64,000 bases of DNA from Amphiscolops sp. MND2022 (taxonomy: Eukaryota), in contig OZ076409.1 in the NCBI GenBank assembly GCA_964187785.1, forward strand, positions 57,166,001 to 57,230,000. Direction: 5' to 3'. Each line of letters begins with the position of its first letter. The stretch's first letter is position 1. Below are positions 53,401-64,000 of the stretch, piece after piece. The notes under the pieces were generated by a model that was not told where the DNA came from, searched no databases, and saw nothing but the letters and a program-made list of their open reading frames with translations. Made by a program: the position numbers and the translations under genes.

Positions 53401-53846
53401 TCAGTCATCCATGTTTCGGACAAGCAAATAATAGACGGTTTGTTTTCACGAAAGGTATCTATATGCGTTTCTAGTTCTTCAAAATTGTAGTCGATAGACC
53501 TTATGTTCAAATGAAAAATCCATTCGTTGTCAACACTTTGTTCTTTTAAGTTGTTTTTATGTTTAGGCTTTGATTTCTTACGTTTCAATTTGTAAGCTAG
53601 AGTAGACAAAATCAGGATCCCATTAGCCCGATTTTGGTCTGTCTCCTTACAAATTTTGCAATGATAGGGCGCCCTTGGCCAGGCTTCACATTTCTGCTGG
53701 GAACCCTATGGCAGATGCTGATGTCTGCTCTGGATACCTGACATCCCGCCTTTTCTGCCACATTGATCACAGCTTGATACACGTCCTCATTTGGTGCCTC
53801 CTCCACCCCAAATATGCGGACATTGTCCCGCCTTCCATATTGCTGG
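50484..53846 (-). mobile_element. 5'-truncated CR1/L2-type LINE (different family)
   Basis: ORF1 remnant 53612-53846, APE 52188-53609 (ICLSETW, GDIN, TDH), RT 51436-52128 (FADD); (TTTC)n tail 50484-50512; interrupts the host LINE at ttga. Confidence 0.9.
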
Positions 53847-54480
53847 TTGAGATACAGATGAACTGGGCTTTAAAAACTGTCTACTTCCGTTCGAGCTTTG
53901 AATCGTCGAGTGATCTGAGAGAAGAAAAAGAAAATAATTGGAGTAAAGCAACTTATCGATTTGAAATCTCTAGTACTTCTGTTCCAATATCTCGAAAATA
54001 CTAAAAAAAACCTTCCATACTTTAAAATACCTACGTCGATTTTAGTTGGAACAATCGCCCTAATTAGATATTATACGTGGGAAGTCATGTTTCTCTCTTC
54101 GGTTCCTTCTTTCATCATAGTGGAACTCACTACCGTTGTACTTGAGAGACACTAGTATGAGTCTACACACATTCAAAACTCTGGGTGGCTGTAAATAGGT
54201 CGAATTTTTCTGGTCGAAAGGACAGAGGTCGAACCTTTTGATCGAATTGCAGGAAATCGAATGGAATGCGGTCGAATTTTATCGTATTTGTTGTACTATT
54301 TGTCGCTTCGCTCCCTTCGCCAAGTAGCAACATTGAGGCATGGCCATATGGCACGTCGCTCCGCTTCGCTTCGCTCCTGCATTCAGGGCACTAGGGGTAT
54401 GTGAACATATCTGACTACGTTGTAAAAATTTCGATCAAAGTTGTTTCGATCCCATTCAAAAATTTGGTATGTCGACCTGA

Positions 54481-55230
54481 TGTAACGACCGGCTAGCGAC
54501 GCACATCTAGGAAGAGGGACAATGCCTAGGATGCTTAAACAGGAGACCGTTGTCTTACTACATACCTAGACACTAGTTTTTGATCCCAAAATGGTCTCCA
54601 AGGGGGACTTTTCTAACGTCTAAGGAGGCTTCTCTAGTTAGAGCTCCGAAGCGACGTGCCGGCACTCTCAAAGTCCGGACACGCCCCACAAGCCTGTAAA
54701 AACGTATCCTAGGTTCCTAATGCGTTCCTGCTATCTCCTACATACTTCCGAGGTCCAAAAAGGTGTCTAACTGAAATACATTATATTGAGTGAATAAGGA
54801 CTAAAATGAGGACCTAGTAGGTCAAACATTATCCAAATACGCTATAAACAGTCAAAACAGGTGGGGATAGGCCCCAATAAAGTATACAGTTACATTTCGG
54901 TGGCGATCATCGGCTTCCTGCCTCTGGCATCATTCCTCATCTTCGGGGCACAATGGTCTCATTTGGCACTTTTCTGCCAAAACCCTGTCTTTTTGCTGTC
55001 AGATGGCAGAATCCCTGATTCTCATGCCTTCTGGGTGATGACATCTCGGACATTCTCGTTCCTGGGTGGTGGGGTGGGATATGGGTCCTCTTTTGCACTC
55101 TTTTGTCCTCTTTTTCAATTTTTAGTACCTGTCAGGTCGGCCATCTTGTGCATTCTTCGATATCGCACATTTTGACATCTTGAACGAAATTTTCAAAGTT
55201 CGTTCTGTTCGCCGACTGCCGGACGTTACA
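54481..55230. mobile_element. 750-bp solo-LTR-like insertion
   Basis: TGTAACG...CGTTACA termini (12/13 inverted match); tga duplicated at the junction. Confidence 0.7.
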
Positions 55231-55275
55231 TGAGGACTAACTCTGATTTTCGATCCCGTTCCTTCGACCTACTTC

Positions 55276-55716
55276 CAGTGATTGCAAGTACTTGGTTTAT
55301 CAGGAATTGGAATTGGTGAGCTACTATGGAATTGTGGGATTGGAATTGACCAATTCCAAGCGCAGGAATTGAAATTGGAATTGGAAAGATTTAAGGGCAT
55401 ATTCAGTGTTCTTTGACCGGACACCAACACTTTTGTTGGTCCTTTGCAATTAGAAATATGCTTGAGCATTGCACTTGTGCCACCATTTACAGCTTTTACT
55501 ACTGTAGAGCATCTCATGCACTTACGAAATTCCGTTTTACGGTCATTTTTGAATTCAACTAAGAAATGTTTGTAGACTTCATTCAATCAATTTAGTAATT
55601 GGAATTGGAATTGGGAATTGGAATTGAAATTTACCAGGTTATTACTTGGAATTGGAATTGAAATGGGTGGGAATTGGAATTGGTACCAAGTACTTGGAAA
55701 TGGATTGAAAACACTG
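55276..55716 (-). mobile_element. Mini hAT with BED zinc finger remnant
   Basis: TIR cagtgattgcaa/ttgaaaacactg; 8-bp TSD cctacttc; ORF VYKHF...CMRC...GTSAMLKH; ggaatt subterminal repeats. Confidence 0.85.
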
Positions 55717-56044
55717 CCTACTTCCGCCCACCCCAAAACTCTTCTCAGGAAGCATCTATCTTTGGAAAGTAGTCGTATGCCTATCCATGCATCTCATTCT
55801 TGGCGTGATTTCCTCTTCACCTGATTTATCGCCTTGTAAAATTTGAAAAAATCATTCATGCTTCAGCATAAACCAATCTACACTTATTGTATACTGGCAT
55901 CAGCTGTGCCTATACAATAATACAGTGTTTTCTCTCTCTCTCTCGCTTTGCGACGGTGAGGGCGAGCGTTGCATACACCATATATGACCTCACATTATTC
56001 ATTGGACGCTATTCTTGTTCAATTCAGACCTTCGTTACGGTGGA

Positions 56045-56305
56045 GGCATATCATATAGCCCTTTGACCCCATGGCTTTTAACCATGTCAAATGACTCTGT
56101 GACCACAAGATTTTGACCCTATGACCCCTTGAGACATCATATAACCCTTTGACCCCATGGCTATTAACCCCATGTCAAATGATTCTGTGACCACAAGATT
56201 TCGACCTTATGACCCGATCAGGCATAATATATAACCCTTTGACCCCATGACTTTTAACCCCATGTCAAATGACTGTGAACACAAATTTTTGACCCTATGA
56301 CCCCA
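56045..56305 (+). repeat. Minisatellite, ~3 copies of an ~85-bp unit
   Basis: Repeated ccctttgaccccatgg...catgtcaaatgac...cacaag...gaccctatgaccc; inverted related motifs at 56570-56640. Confidence 0.8.
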
Positions 56306-56690
56306 TACTGATTTGATCTTCTACCCCGTGCGTGTTCATTTCTTGGTTGATCTTTGAATTATCAGTATAAAACGTGCCTCGGATATGTCTCCATTTCTAT
56401 AGTGCCCCCTTGGAGCCGTTTTTGTTCCCATCTTGCTTAGTGAGGGCGCGCGTGCATACACCGAACATGACCCCACATTTTGTTTCAACTCAAAGACCTT
56501 GATTTCCTCGTAATTTTGTCACCTAATTTCCATATATTTCGTTTAATTTTTCCGTGGAGTCCTTTTCCACGGGGTCATAGGAACCTTTTTGGCCGTCTAT
56601 GGGGTCATAGGGTCGTTTTCCATGGCGTCAAAGGGTCAAAAAACATAACTCGTTACGGTGCATGCGTTTTAGATCTTAGTTCTTTAGGTC

Positions 56691-57090
56691 TTAGTTACTG
56701 TCCCCGTGTTGTTTATATGCTTCTTGAATTTGTTTCGGACAGGAGTTAGCAAAGGAGTTGAAGATTTTGACATCGAAAAAGGTTCGACAGAATTTAGAAT
56801 CGAAAAGTCCGTTTGCTTTGATGTCTAATGTAGCCTCATCTTCAGTGCTCGTTGATTTATTATCGAAAGTCTCGCCTTCTAATGACTGAAGTTTCAGTTC
56901 AATTTCAACATCGTTGCAGACGTGTCCTAGGAGCTTAGCGAATGTGTCGCGAGTTTCATTGTGCCGCAGATGGGTATATCCGCCTTTTACACAGTGTAAA
57001 GCGTGCGACATAAAAGGTTCACCGCATGCACAGGAAATAGGGAGATTTTTCGGTTCCCATCGATATCGGAGTGCTAAGCCGTCTCTGAAT
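56691..57090 (-). mobile_element. Fragment of RLE-type LINE (zinc knuckle + endonuclease)
   Basis: CACG...HALHCVKGGYTHLRHNETRD...LDIKANG...FFDVKIFN. Confidence 0.75.
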
Positions 57091-58595
57091 TAATCTGATC
57101 ATTTATTAATTTAAGGATCCATCATTGCAATATTTTTGTTTCTGACGTAACACTTTTTTTGGTTCACGTTTAGATAATTCATATTTGTGCCTCTTTCAGA
57201 TGTATAAAATGCGATGAAGGTTATTTATCACCCATTTTTTTTTGCTATCTGCTTGATTATATCGGTCTCTTTAGATCAAAAAAGTAGATCTGATTCATTA
57301 TATCATTTGTTAGTTACCAGTTTTACCCCTTCGATCAGATCTAATTGATTCCACGCACCCGTCAATCTGTTTACATGCACCCGTCAAATACATCAATTGC
57401 TGCTCTTTCATGCCAACATCGAACATTATTGAGAGCAGTAAACGGAGCAGCAACGTTTTCTCAAATTCGATAAATACTGGGATTTTCTAAGGTTTTGAAT
57501 ATTTCATATGGGACCGTTAGTGACTCTTTTCGATTCGCCCCCTGTTAACAACGGGCTACTTTTATATTTGTCCCCACATGAAAAATGGGTTTCAGTACGC
57601 ACGTTCCTTTTTTGTCTAGCTTTAAAATGAATACTGGGATACCAAGCTCGTCAACGAAATTATTAACTCTGTTGAGTAATGCGTTGACTTGAATAGATGT
57701 AGTAATTCCAGGTGTAATTAACGTTTAGCAGCAGAATTAAAAACAATTATTGCACTTTCTTCGAGTGGACCCGTCCGGAATCTCCCTAGGTAGTGTGGAT
57801 CCTTTCCTCCCATCAACCACCACCGTAGAAACTTTTATGTTTCTTTTTTTTCCTCTATCAGATATCGTGGTTCTTCATCAATCAAGTGCCATGTGTATCA
57901 TGTTGGGGGGAGAAGACACACCGTGGTCTGCAACGAAAGTAGGGAACCCCATACCAGCCACTATCCCAGTCGACTTTTTTAAAGCTGCAATGATATAGAG
58001 GTTTAAAAAAATAAGTTATATGCAATAAATTTCTTCGAACGCATCTGTCGCTCACAGTTCCTAGAACACAGGCCGCATTTCCGATCTGAAGAGCCATTGA
58101 AATCCGTTGCTTCAAAAAGCTGCCGGCTCGTTGATCGTCGTGCGAACGACAGAACATTTTACGGAGACGCATGATGAAAATTTCACTGCTCTCGCCTAAA
58201 GAACCCTGAACTTCCAAGGCCACCGGTTGAAAAATGTATCCATTGTCTATTAATTCGCGATACTTCTCAATTTTACGCGCTTCACCGGTGGCGGTGGTTC
58301 CGGGCTGCATAAAGAGCGCCTTGATTTAAACGGCTGGGTGCAAGAGCATCCACAGCCGTGACATCCCACACCAGATGCTTACCCATTTCCCAAGGAATCA
58401 TGGTAACACCGTGTGGACGTTTGCCATCGGTTCGGTACAGTCCACGGGGTTCGAGCACTGAAAGCAAGTCGAGAGAACCCAACGTCTGCTTTATGAGAGA
58501 ATTGAGAGTAGCATGACGTGAGAAGCGACCAGTACTCTTGGTGCAAGAAAGACCGTGTAAACCGTCCCGTTCAACTGTTTTACCACAGTGGCACG

Positions 58596-61500
58596 TGAAA
58601 ACAATTGACTAGTGTTCAAATATATATTAAAACCCCACCACAGACATATACAAAACTGAAATGAAACACAATGAAATGTCATAGTCACCAGGCAACAGCC
58701 GAGTTAGTCAAAAGACTCTGGCGTCACTAGGATCTGAGAAAGGGGAAAACTAATCTCGCAATTTATTCAAGAGTTGTTGTGCATTTTGCTTCTGCTTTGC
58801 ACGTTGTTTAGCTAAAGGCTTGTTCTTCGACTTGCTTCTAGTTTGCTGTACAAGTTGCCGTAAATTGTGCTGGTATTTCAGTACAGTGACTACCATATTC
58901 AGATGCAATTCGACAGAATGGTGCAACTTGGCTACGTCAGAGATAATCCACTGATTGTGCCGTTTTCTGTATGACAATAGATGCTTCTTCACGTCAATAA
59001 TCGGCAGTTTCTCGTCAATGGATTCTAGCTCTGCCCTAATATCAAGTAGACCTTCACGGCGACAATAGACGATTCCAGCTATTCTTGGTTTCAACTCTTT
59101 CAAGGTTTTCACCAGATCGTCAACTGGGTAGGGTGTGTTGTTATTACTGTGATGCGCAGAAATAGTGTTGTTGATCACTCCAGGGAGAATCACAAAATTC
59201 TTGTGGTGCTTCAAGCAACCATCCTTCAACAGTAAGTTCAAGTCCTTGGATTTGTTAATGGCATTTGGGTTGAAAGATAAACCTTTAACAGACAAAAAGT
59301 ATCCACGTGACTGAAGGTGTCTTCGATCCCAGTATGACAATGACTTGAATGCAAAGTTGAATCCACTGGCACCAAGGAAATGAACCATGGTGAGTCTGAA
59401 AAATAACACGTTGAAGCGATTGGCAGGGGATAAACGAATGATAAATGAACACCATTATTGAATAAAAGATATTGAAATTCATTATACATATTGCTAACAG
59501 TTCTGGTGCATACGACTGATAATATTAGTGAGTCGCAAACACCATCAATGAGCAACGTCCGAGTTAGCTAAAGGACTCTGGAGTCACAAATGATGGCGCC
59601 TGCCCAACACTGACAATTCGTTCCAGATTGCCATAATTAGCGCTTGTTTTCGTTAAGCAATCTGCAAGTTGTTTACTCGAGGCAATCCAATTAAGTTGTT
59701 TTTCCTTTTGTTCGTTCACTAGCCGTTTCAGATGACTCATGTCCACCCGCAACCGCTTGTCTTGTTGTCTTGAACGGATTTTGTAGACTTCACCGCATCA
59801 ACCAGACTTTTGTTGTCGACATAAGCAATCTGAGGTAACTTTTTTCCAGTCAATTCAGTAATCAACTTTCCCACAAGAAAAGCAGTGTCACTGCCATCAA
59901 TAGCCGCCATTGTTTCCGCAGCTATAGTGCTTCTGGCCACTCTTTTAATCTTTCGACTTTGCCACGACACTGCAACAGCTTGGGACTTCTCATTTCCGAT
60001 GAGGAGAACATGTCCTCCTTGGGTTCCTCCGTTAGGCAGATTAGCCCATGAGGCGTCCGAAAAACTGTACAGAGCCCAGTTCTCCATCGAACCAAGATTT
60101 CGAATAAACATTTCGAGTCGCCTTCCTGTCTCCGTTTTTCGGATTAGCTTATTCATTCTTGCAATATCGCTAACAGTACTAATATTGATAATTCCAGCTA
60201 ACAATGTAACAGAGAAGCTGATTTCGGGCATACATTGCATGGCAATCCAATTGAATTTACCGATCATCTCACGCATCTGGCCTTTTTCAGCGTCGGTGAT
60301 GTTATCATCCTTCGGACAATCTTTTCGCATGGTGATTTCCTCCAATTTGTTTGAGTAATCACTCATCGAGAGTTTAATCCCCTCATCAGTTCGAGATTTG
60401 TCTAATTTCAAGTATCGATATGGCAACTTCTTTCTTGAACCTATCATGAACACAGTGGCTAACTTGTTTACAACGAGTCGGAAAAATAGGTCAGTGCAAG
60501 CAGTCCCGAAATCGTCTAGGTGCACACATATAATTCCTTCCAGATTTGTGCCCTTTTTCCAGTAAAACAACGATAAATCGAAGGAAGACATTTGACATCC
60601 AAGAGAACATAATTCAGTTTTAACACTGTTATACCAATGACGCGAGGCATATAAAAGTCCATAAACACTTTTCTTCAGTTTCCACAAGCATGTAACATCC
60701 CACTCCTGAGGAGGAGCTAGATAAACAGTTCGTGACAACTACTCCCCTTGATGAAAAACCGTTTTGATGTCCAAAGTTTCCGTTTGCCATTGTGGTTGTG
60801 CGGCTAAAATTACCAGCATAGTGCGGAATGTTTCTTTGAAAATTGTCGGCGAATCTTTGGTTAGTTCAGCTTCGTTTTCCAGCAAACCTCTAACGACTAA
60901 GCGGGCTTTTCTCCTGCCGTCGTCCTTCACCGTTAAGATCCAACGTGTAGTCACTCTTGGTTGCCCTTCATCAGGAACACGTTCAAATACATCGTTTTCA
61001 ATCCAACTTTGATGTTCGGCTAATTTTGCTTCGTGGAAGTCATCATCCATGGTAATTAAAGCTAAATTTGTATTGTCTGCTTCGTCATAGGACCATTCAG
61101 AAACATCGTTTTCAAAATCTACTCTGCCTGTTTTACCAGCCATCGATTCTGGGTACGTGTTCTCAATATTAAGCCAGTTCTTGTGTTTGCTATTCGCTTT
61201 TCCAGAACGACTCAGCACAAATCCTTTGAAATCATTTCCATGAACATATTCGTAGACTGTTTTGAACGAGACGTTTGAATTTGTACCAGGAATTTTACCA
61301 GATCTTGACTCTTTTGAGGGTTCGCTTACATTGTTGATTATTTTTGAGGTTTGTTCCTCAATAATTCTGTCCTCGCCATTTTCCTCTCCAGAACAATGTT
61401 TTGGAACCGGATGTTCCCGTACTGGTTCTCCGTCTGAGGAACCGACGGTTTCTTCCATTCTAGTTTCACCGAGATCTTCCTGACCCGATTCGTCTTGCAT

Positions 61501-63874
61501 GGAGTCGCCAACTGCGGCAATACCAGTGTCGCCTTGTGCTAAAGGAGCCGATTTCGCTGGTATTGGTGCTGCCGGTGCTGTCTTTACGCGTCTCAATCTT
61601 GTCCTGTGTACCTTGACGACGTATCCACCATGTTTCACCAGGATATTCGTGCCATCAACTATCACTTATCCTGGCCCCTTCCATTCATTGGCATTTTCAC
61701 GTTTATAGAATACTGAATCACCAGTATCAAAACTTTTTTCATTGCAACAAATATTTGCTCGCAATGCTCGTCTTACTCGATCTGCATTTTCGGACTGAAT
61801 GTATGCCTCTCGTGTTTTGTGTAACGCAATTATGTGACTTCTAATCACATCCGAGGTTGTGACGTTTTCCAAGGCTGGTAGATCTTGGTCAAGTGTGCTG
61901 GGTAATCTTGGAGCATACCCTCTAACAATCTGCTGGGGAGAAAAACCGTCCTTATTAGAAAGACAATTTTTGCAAAGGAACAATACTTATTCAGGCTTGA
62001 ATCTGGTATATCCCAAGTTTGATCTACTTTGAGCTTCATAAATATATCTGTCAATGCTGCATTATGTCGCTCACAAACACCATTTGACCATGGGCTCTCG
62101 GCAGCTGTCGTTTTATACGTATTCCATAATTCACGGCCGTTAATCGAAAATGCTGGTTGTCGAATTCACCTCCATTATCTGTTAGAGTACTTTGTGGTAC
62201 ACCAAAATCGCATATCCATTCAAATATGAAAGATGCTTTTATTGTTCTCGGTGTTTTGTCATATATAATAGCTGCACGACTGTATCGGGAATATGAGTCG
62301 ATAAAATGAATGTGATATACGCTCGGTTTTAATTGATGAGAATCCATTGCTACAACCGCATCAAACTCGGATGCTGGTGGCATCGATACTGCAGGTTTCG
62401 GACGTCCAAACTTTGCGCATAGTTCGCACTTATGCACGATTTCTTGAATATCGTTACGCTTTGCTACGCCTCCGGCGTTTGTTATTAGTCTACATAAACG
62501 ATCAACACCACAGTGTCGAAATTGTCGATGTAACTTAATCATATCTGTCTTGTCCAATTCATTCTTTGTAAATAGAACGTTTGCCAATTTTACCAGTGAA
62601 ATATGTGAACCATCCTTTAATTCCAAAGTGTTCGTAGAAAAATTAATGATAAAGATTTGATACTGATCAGCAATGGTATATTTACCGGTACTATTTCTAC
62701 CGATAAGAAACAGTTGAGATCTCCAATTATAGCAGGTATCTTGACATTTCGTCTACTGAAAACTTTCTCGCCATCGCCAAATATGATAGATGTCTTGTCT
62801 GGTCTGCTTTCGTTAATTTTAGAACTCACTGACGATTTGAAAGCTTGGTACCACGCTTCTCCAGGGACCGTCATAGTACATCCGGTGTCGATTATTCCAA
62901 TTTTCATGCACTCCTTGGTTACTGACTGGGGTATCGTAGCGAATGTTAAATAACCGCGCGGTTCTTCCTCTTCTTTTTTGTTTTCTGGATTTTCGGGACA
63001 GTCACGCTTCCAGTGATACCTTAATCCGCATATAGAAAATGTTGATATACCCACTGCTGTTGGTTGGGTTCGTGCCAGCTTTTTGTCTTATCATATTTCC
63101 TCTTTTGACGAAAGGACGTCCACGGGTCCCCCGTCCTCTACTACTCCAATAACAGTTTTTTCGATTTCTTCATTTTCAATTTGTTGAGACTCTGTAGTTG
63201 TCACGAATGCCGGTTCTGATTTTATTTTCGGTGCGTCTGGGATCACGCTGACTGCGCTACTTCCAAATATCCTTCTCTATGCCGTCTTGATCGGTTCGAA
63301 TTCCAATTTTGAAGTTGCAGAAAGCGCCATTTGTCGTTCTTTAACGTCGAGATTTGCGCAATATAATATCTTGCATGCCAATACTTCTTTCGGTAATTCT
63401 ATCCCCAATGAGGTTAATTGGTCATTCTTTCGTTCAAACTCTTGCAAATATTCCACCATGCTTTTAGTGCCTCTGTTGATCGATTCAAATTTCGAGTACG
63501 CCTCAAAAATTCTATCAGTTTCGTCTTGTCCAAATGACAATTTCAGTTTGTCTAGTAATGTTTTGAGGCCCTCATCTTTATTGAGATCTTCGGCTTCAAT
63601 TTCAAGTGCAATCTCGCGTTTTCCAGTCAGAGTAAGTGCTACTACTGACCCGCGTTTCTTTTTATCAGTTCTGTCATCAACTCCCATAAATCCATTTCAG
63701 ACTTGCATTTTTCGAATGATTTCCCATCTTCCCATAGTGGTGGTGTCTTCAAACTGCTACTTGACGCCATGTAATTCCTGCTACCATGAAAACAATTGAC
63801 CAGTGTTCAAATATATATTAAAACCCCACCACAGACATATACAAAACTGAAATGAAACACAATGAAATGTCACA
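58596..63874 (-). mobile_element. Copia-type (GalEa-like) LTR retrotransposon with 88-bp LTRs
   Basis: LTRs 58596-58683 and 63787-63874 (2 mismatches); 5-bp TSD gcacg; PBS tggtagcag; order gag, PR (IIDTG), IN, RT (KARLVVRG, HLDD), RNase H (FSDASWAN). Confidence 0.93.
58750..59388 (-). CDS. Extra ORF in Copia, SGNH/GDSL-hydrolase-like
   Basis: Intact ORF between pol and the 3' LTR; VHFLGAS (block I), SVKGLS (II), VILPGVINN (III), DVAKLH (V); basic C-terminal tail. Confidence 0.6.
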   Translation of the reverse strand: MVHFLGASGFNFAFKSLSYWDRRHLQSRGYFLSVKGLSFNPNAINKSKDLNLLLKDGCLKHHKNFVILPGVINNTISAHHSNNNTPYPVDDLVKTLKELKPRIAGIVYCRREGLLDIRAELESIDEKLPIIDVKKHLLSYRKRHNQWIISDVAKLHHSVELHLNMVVTVLKYQHNLRQLVQQTRSKSKNKPLAKQRAKQKQNAQQLLNKLRD

Positions 63875-64000
63875 GCACGTATGCGCAACACAGATGTTGG
63901 CTCCGAGACGCAAACCAATTGAAATCTGAAGCTGCTGATCATCAACTTTCAGTCCTATGTTCTTTCAAGGAGCGACGTTCAGCCATTGAGACCCGAACTT

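Larger units (their letters stand above)
54183..55733 (-). mobile_element. MULE-like MITE, copy 3, carrying two nested insertions
   Basis: 9-bp TSD caaaactct (54174-54182, 55734-55742); the MITE sequence resumes after each insert. Confidence 0.9.
33745..55940 (+). mobile_element. Second copy of the CR1/L2-type LINE, fragmented by nested insertions
   Basis: Pieces 33745-35817, 36487-38557, 50362-50483, 53847-54182 and 55734-55940 are colinear with the reverse complement of 21050-24150; (CT)n tail at ~55930. Confidence 0.85.
57845..64000 (-). mobile_element. RLE-type (CRE-like) LINE 3' portion, interrupted by the Copia
   Basis: EPRGLYRTDGKRP.GVTMIPWEMGK.LVWDVT, KIEKYREL, FQPVALEVQG; zinc knuckle CVAHTC|HCGK..HGLSC rejoins across the Copia insertion. 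Confidence 0.85.

Noticed and set aside
56045..56305. CRISPR-like array
   Set aside because: Whole units repeat with no unique spacers, no cas genes, eukaryotic context

Overview
AT-rich, repeat-dense eukaryotic (animal-like) DNA. It holds one probable host gene (3 exons, ~1318 aa, Cys-rich, minus strand, 9450-16312); most of the rest is nested transposons: non-LTR LINEs, two Gypsy-type and one Copia (GalEa-like) LTR elements, hAT/MULE-type MITEs and Helentron-like elements. Main highlight: an ~11 kb Gypsy-like LTR element (38992-50125) carrying a chuvirus-glycoprotein-like env followed by two tandem coiled-coil + J-domain (HPD-intact, DnaJ/Hsp40-type) ORFs, all inside its LTRs. Other highlights: a Copia with an extra SGNH-hydrolase-like ORF, and a 33-nt spliced-leader-like sequence at the 5' end of a LINE that also has a 2A-like motif. 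All family calls come from motif recognition by eye, not database searches.
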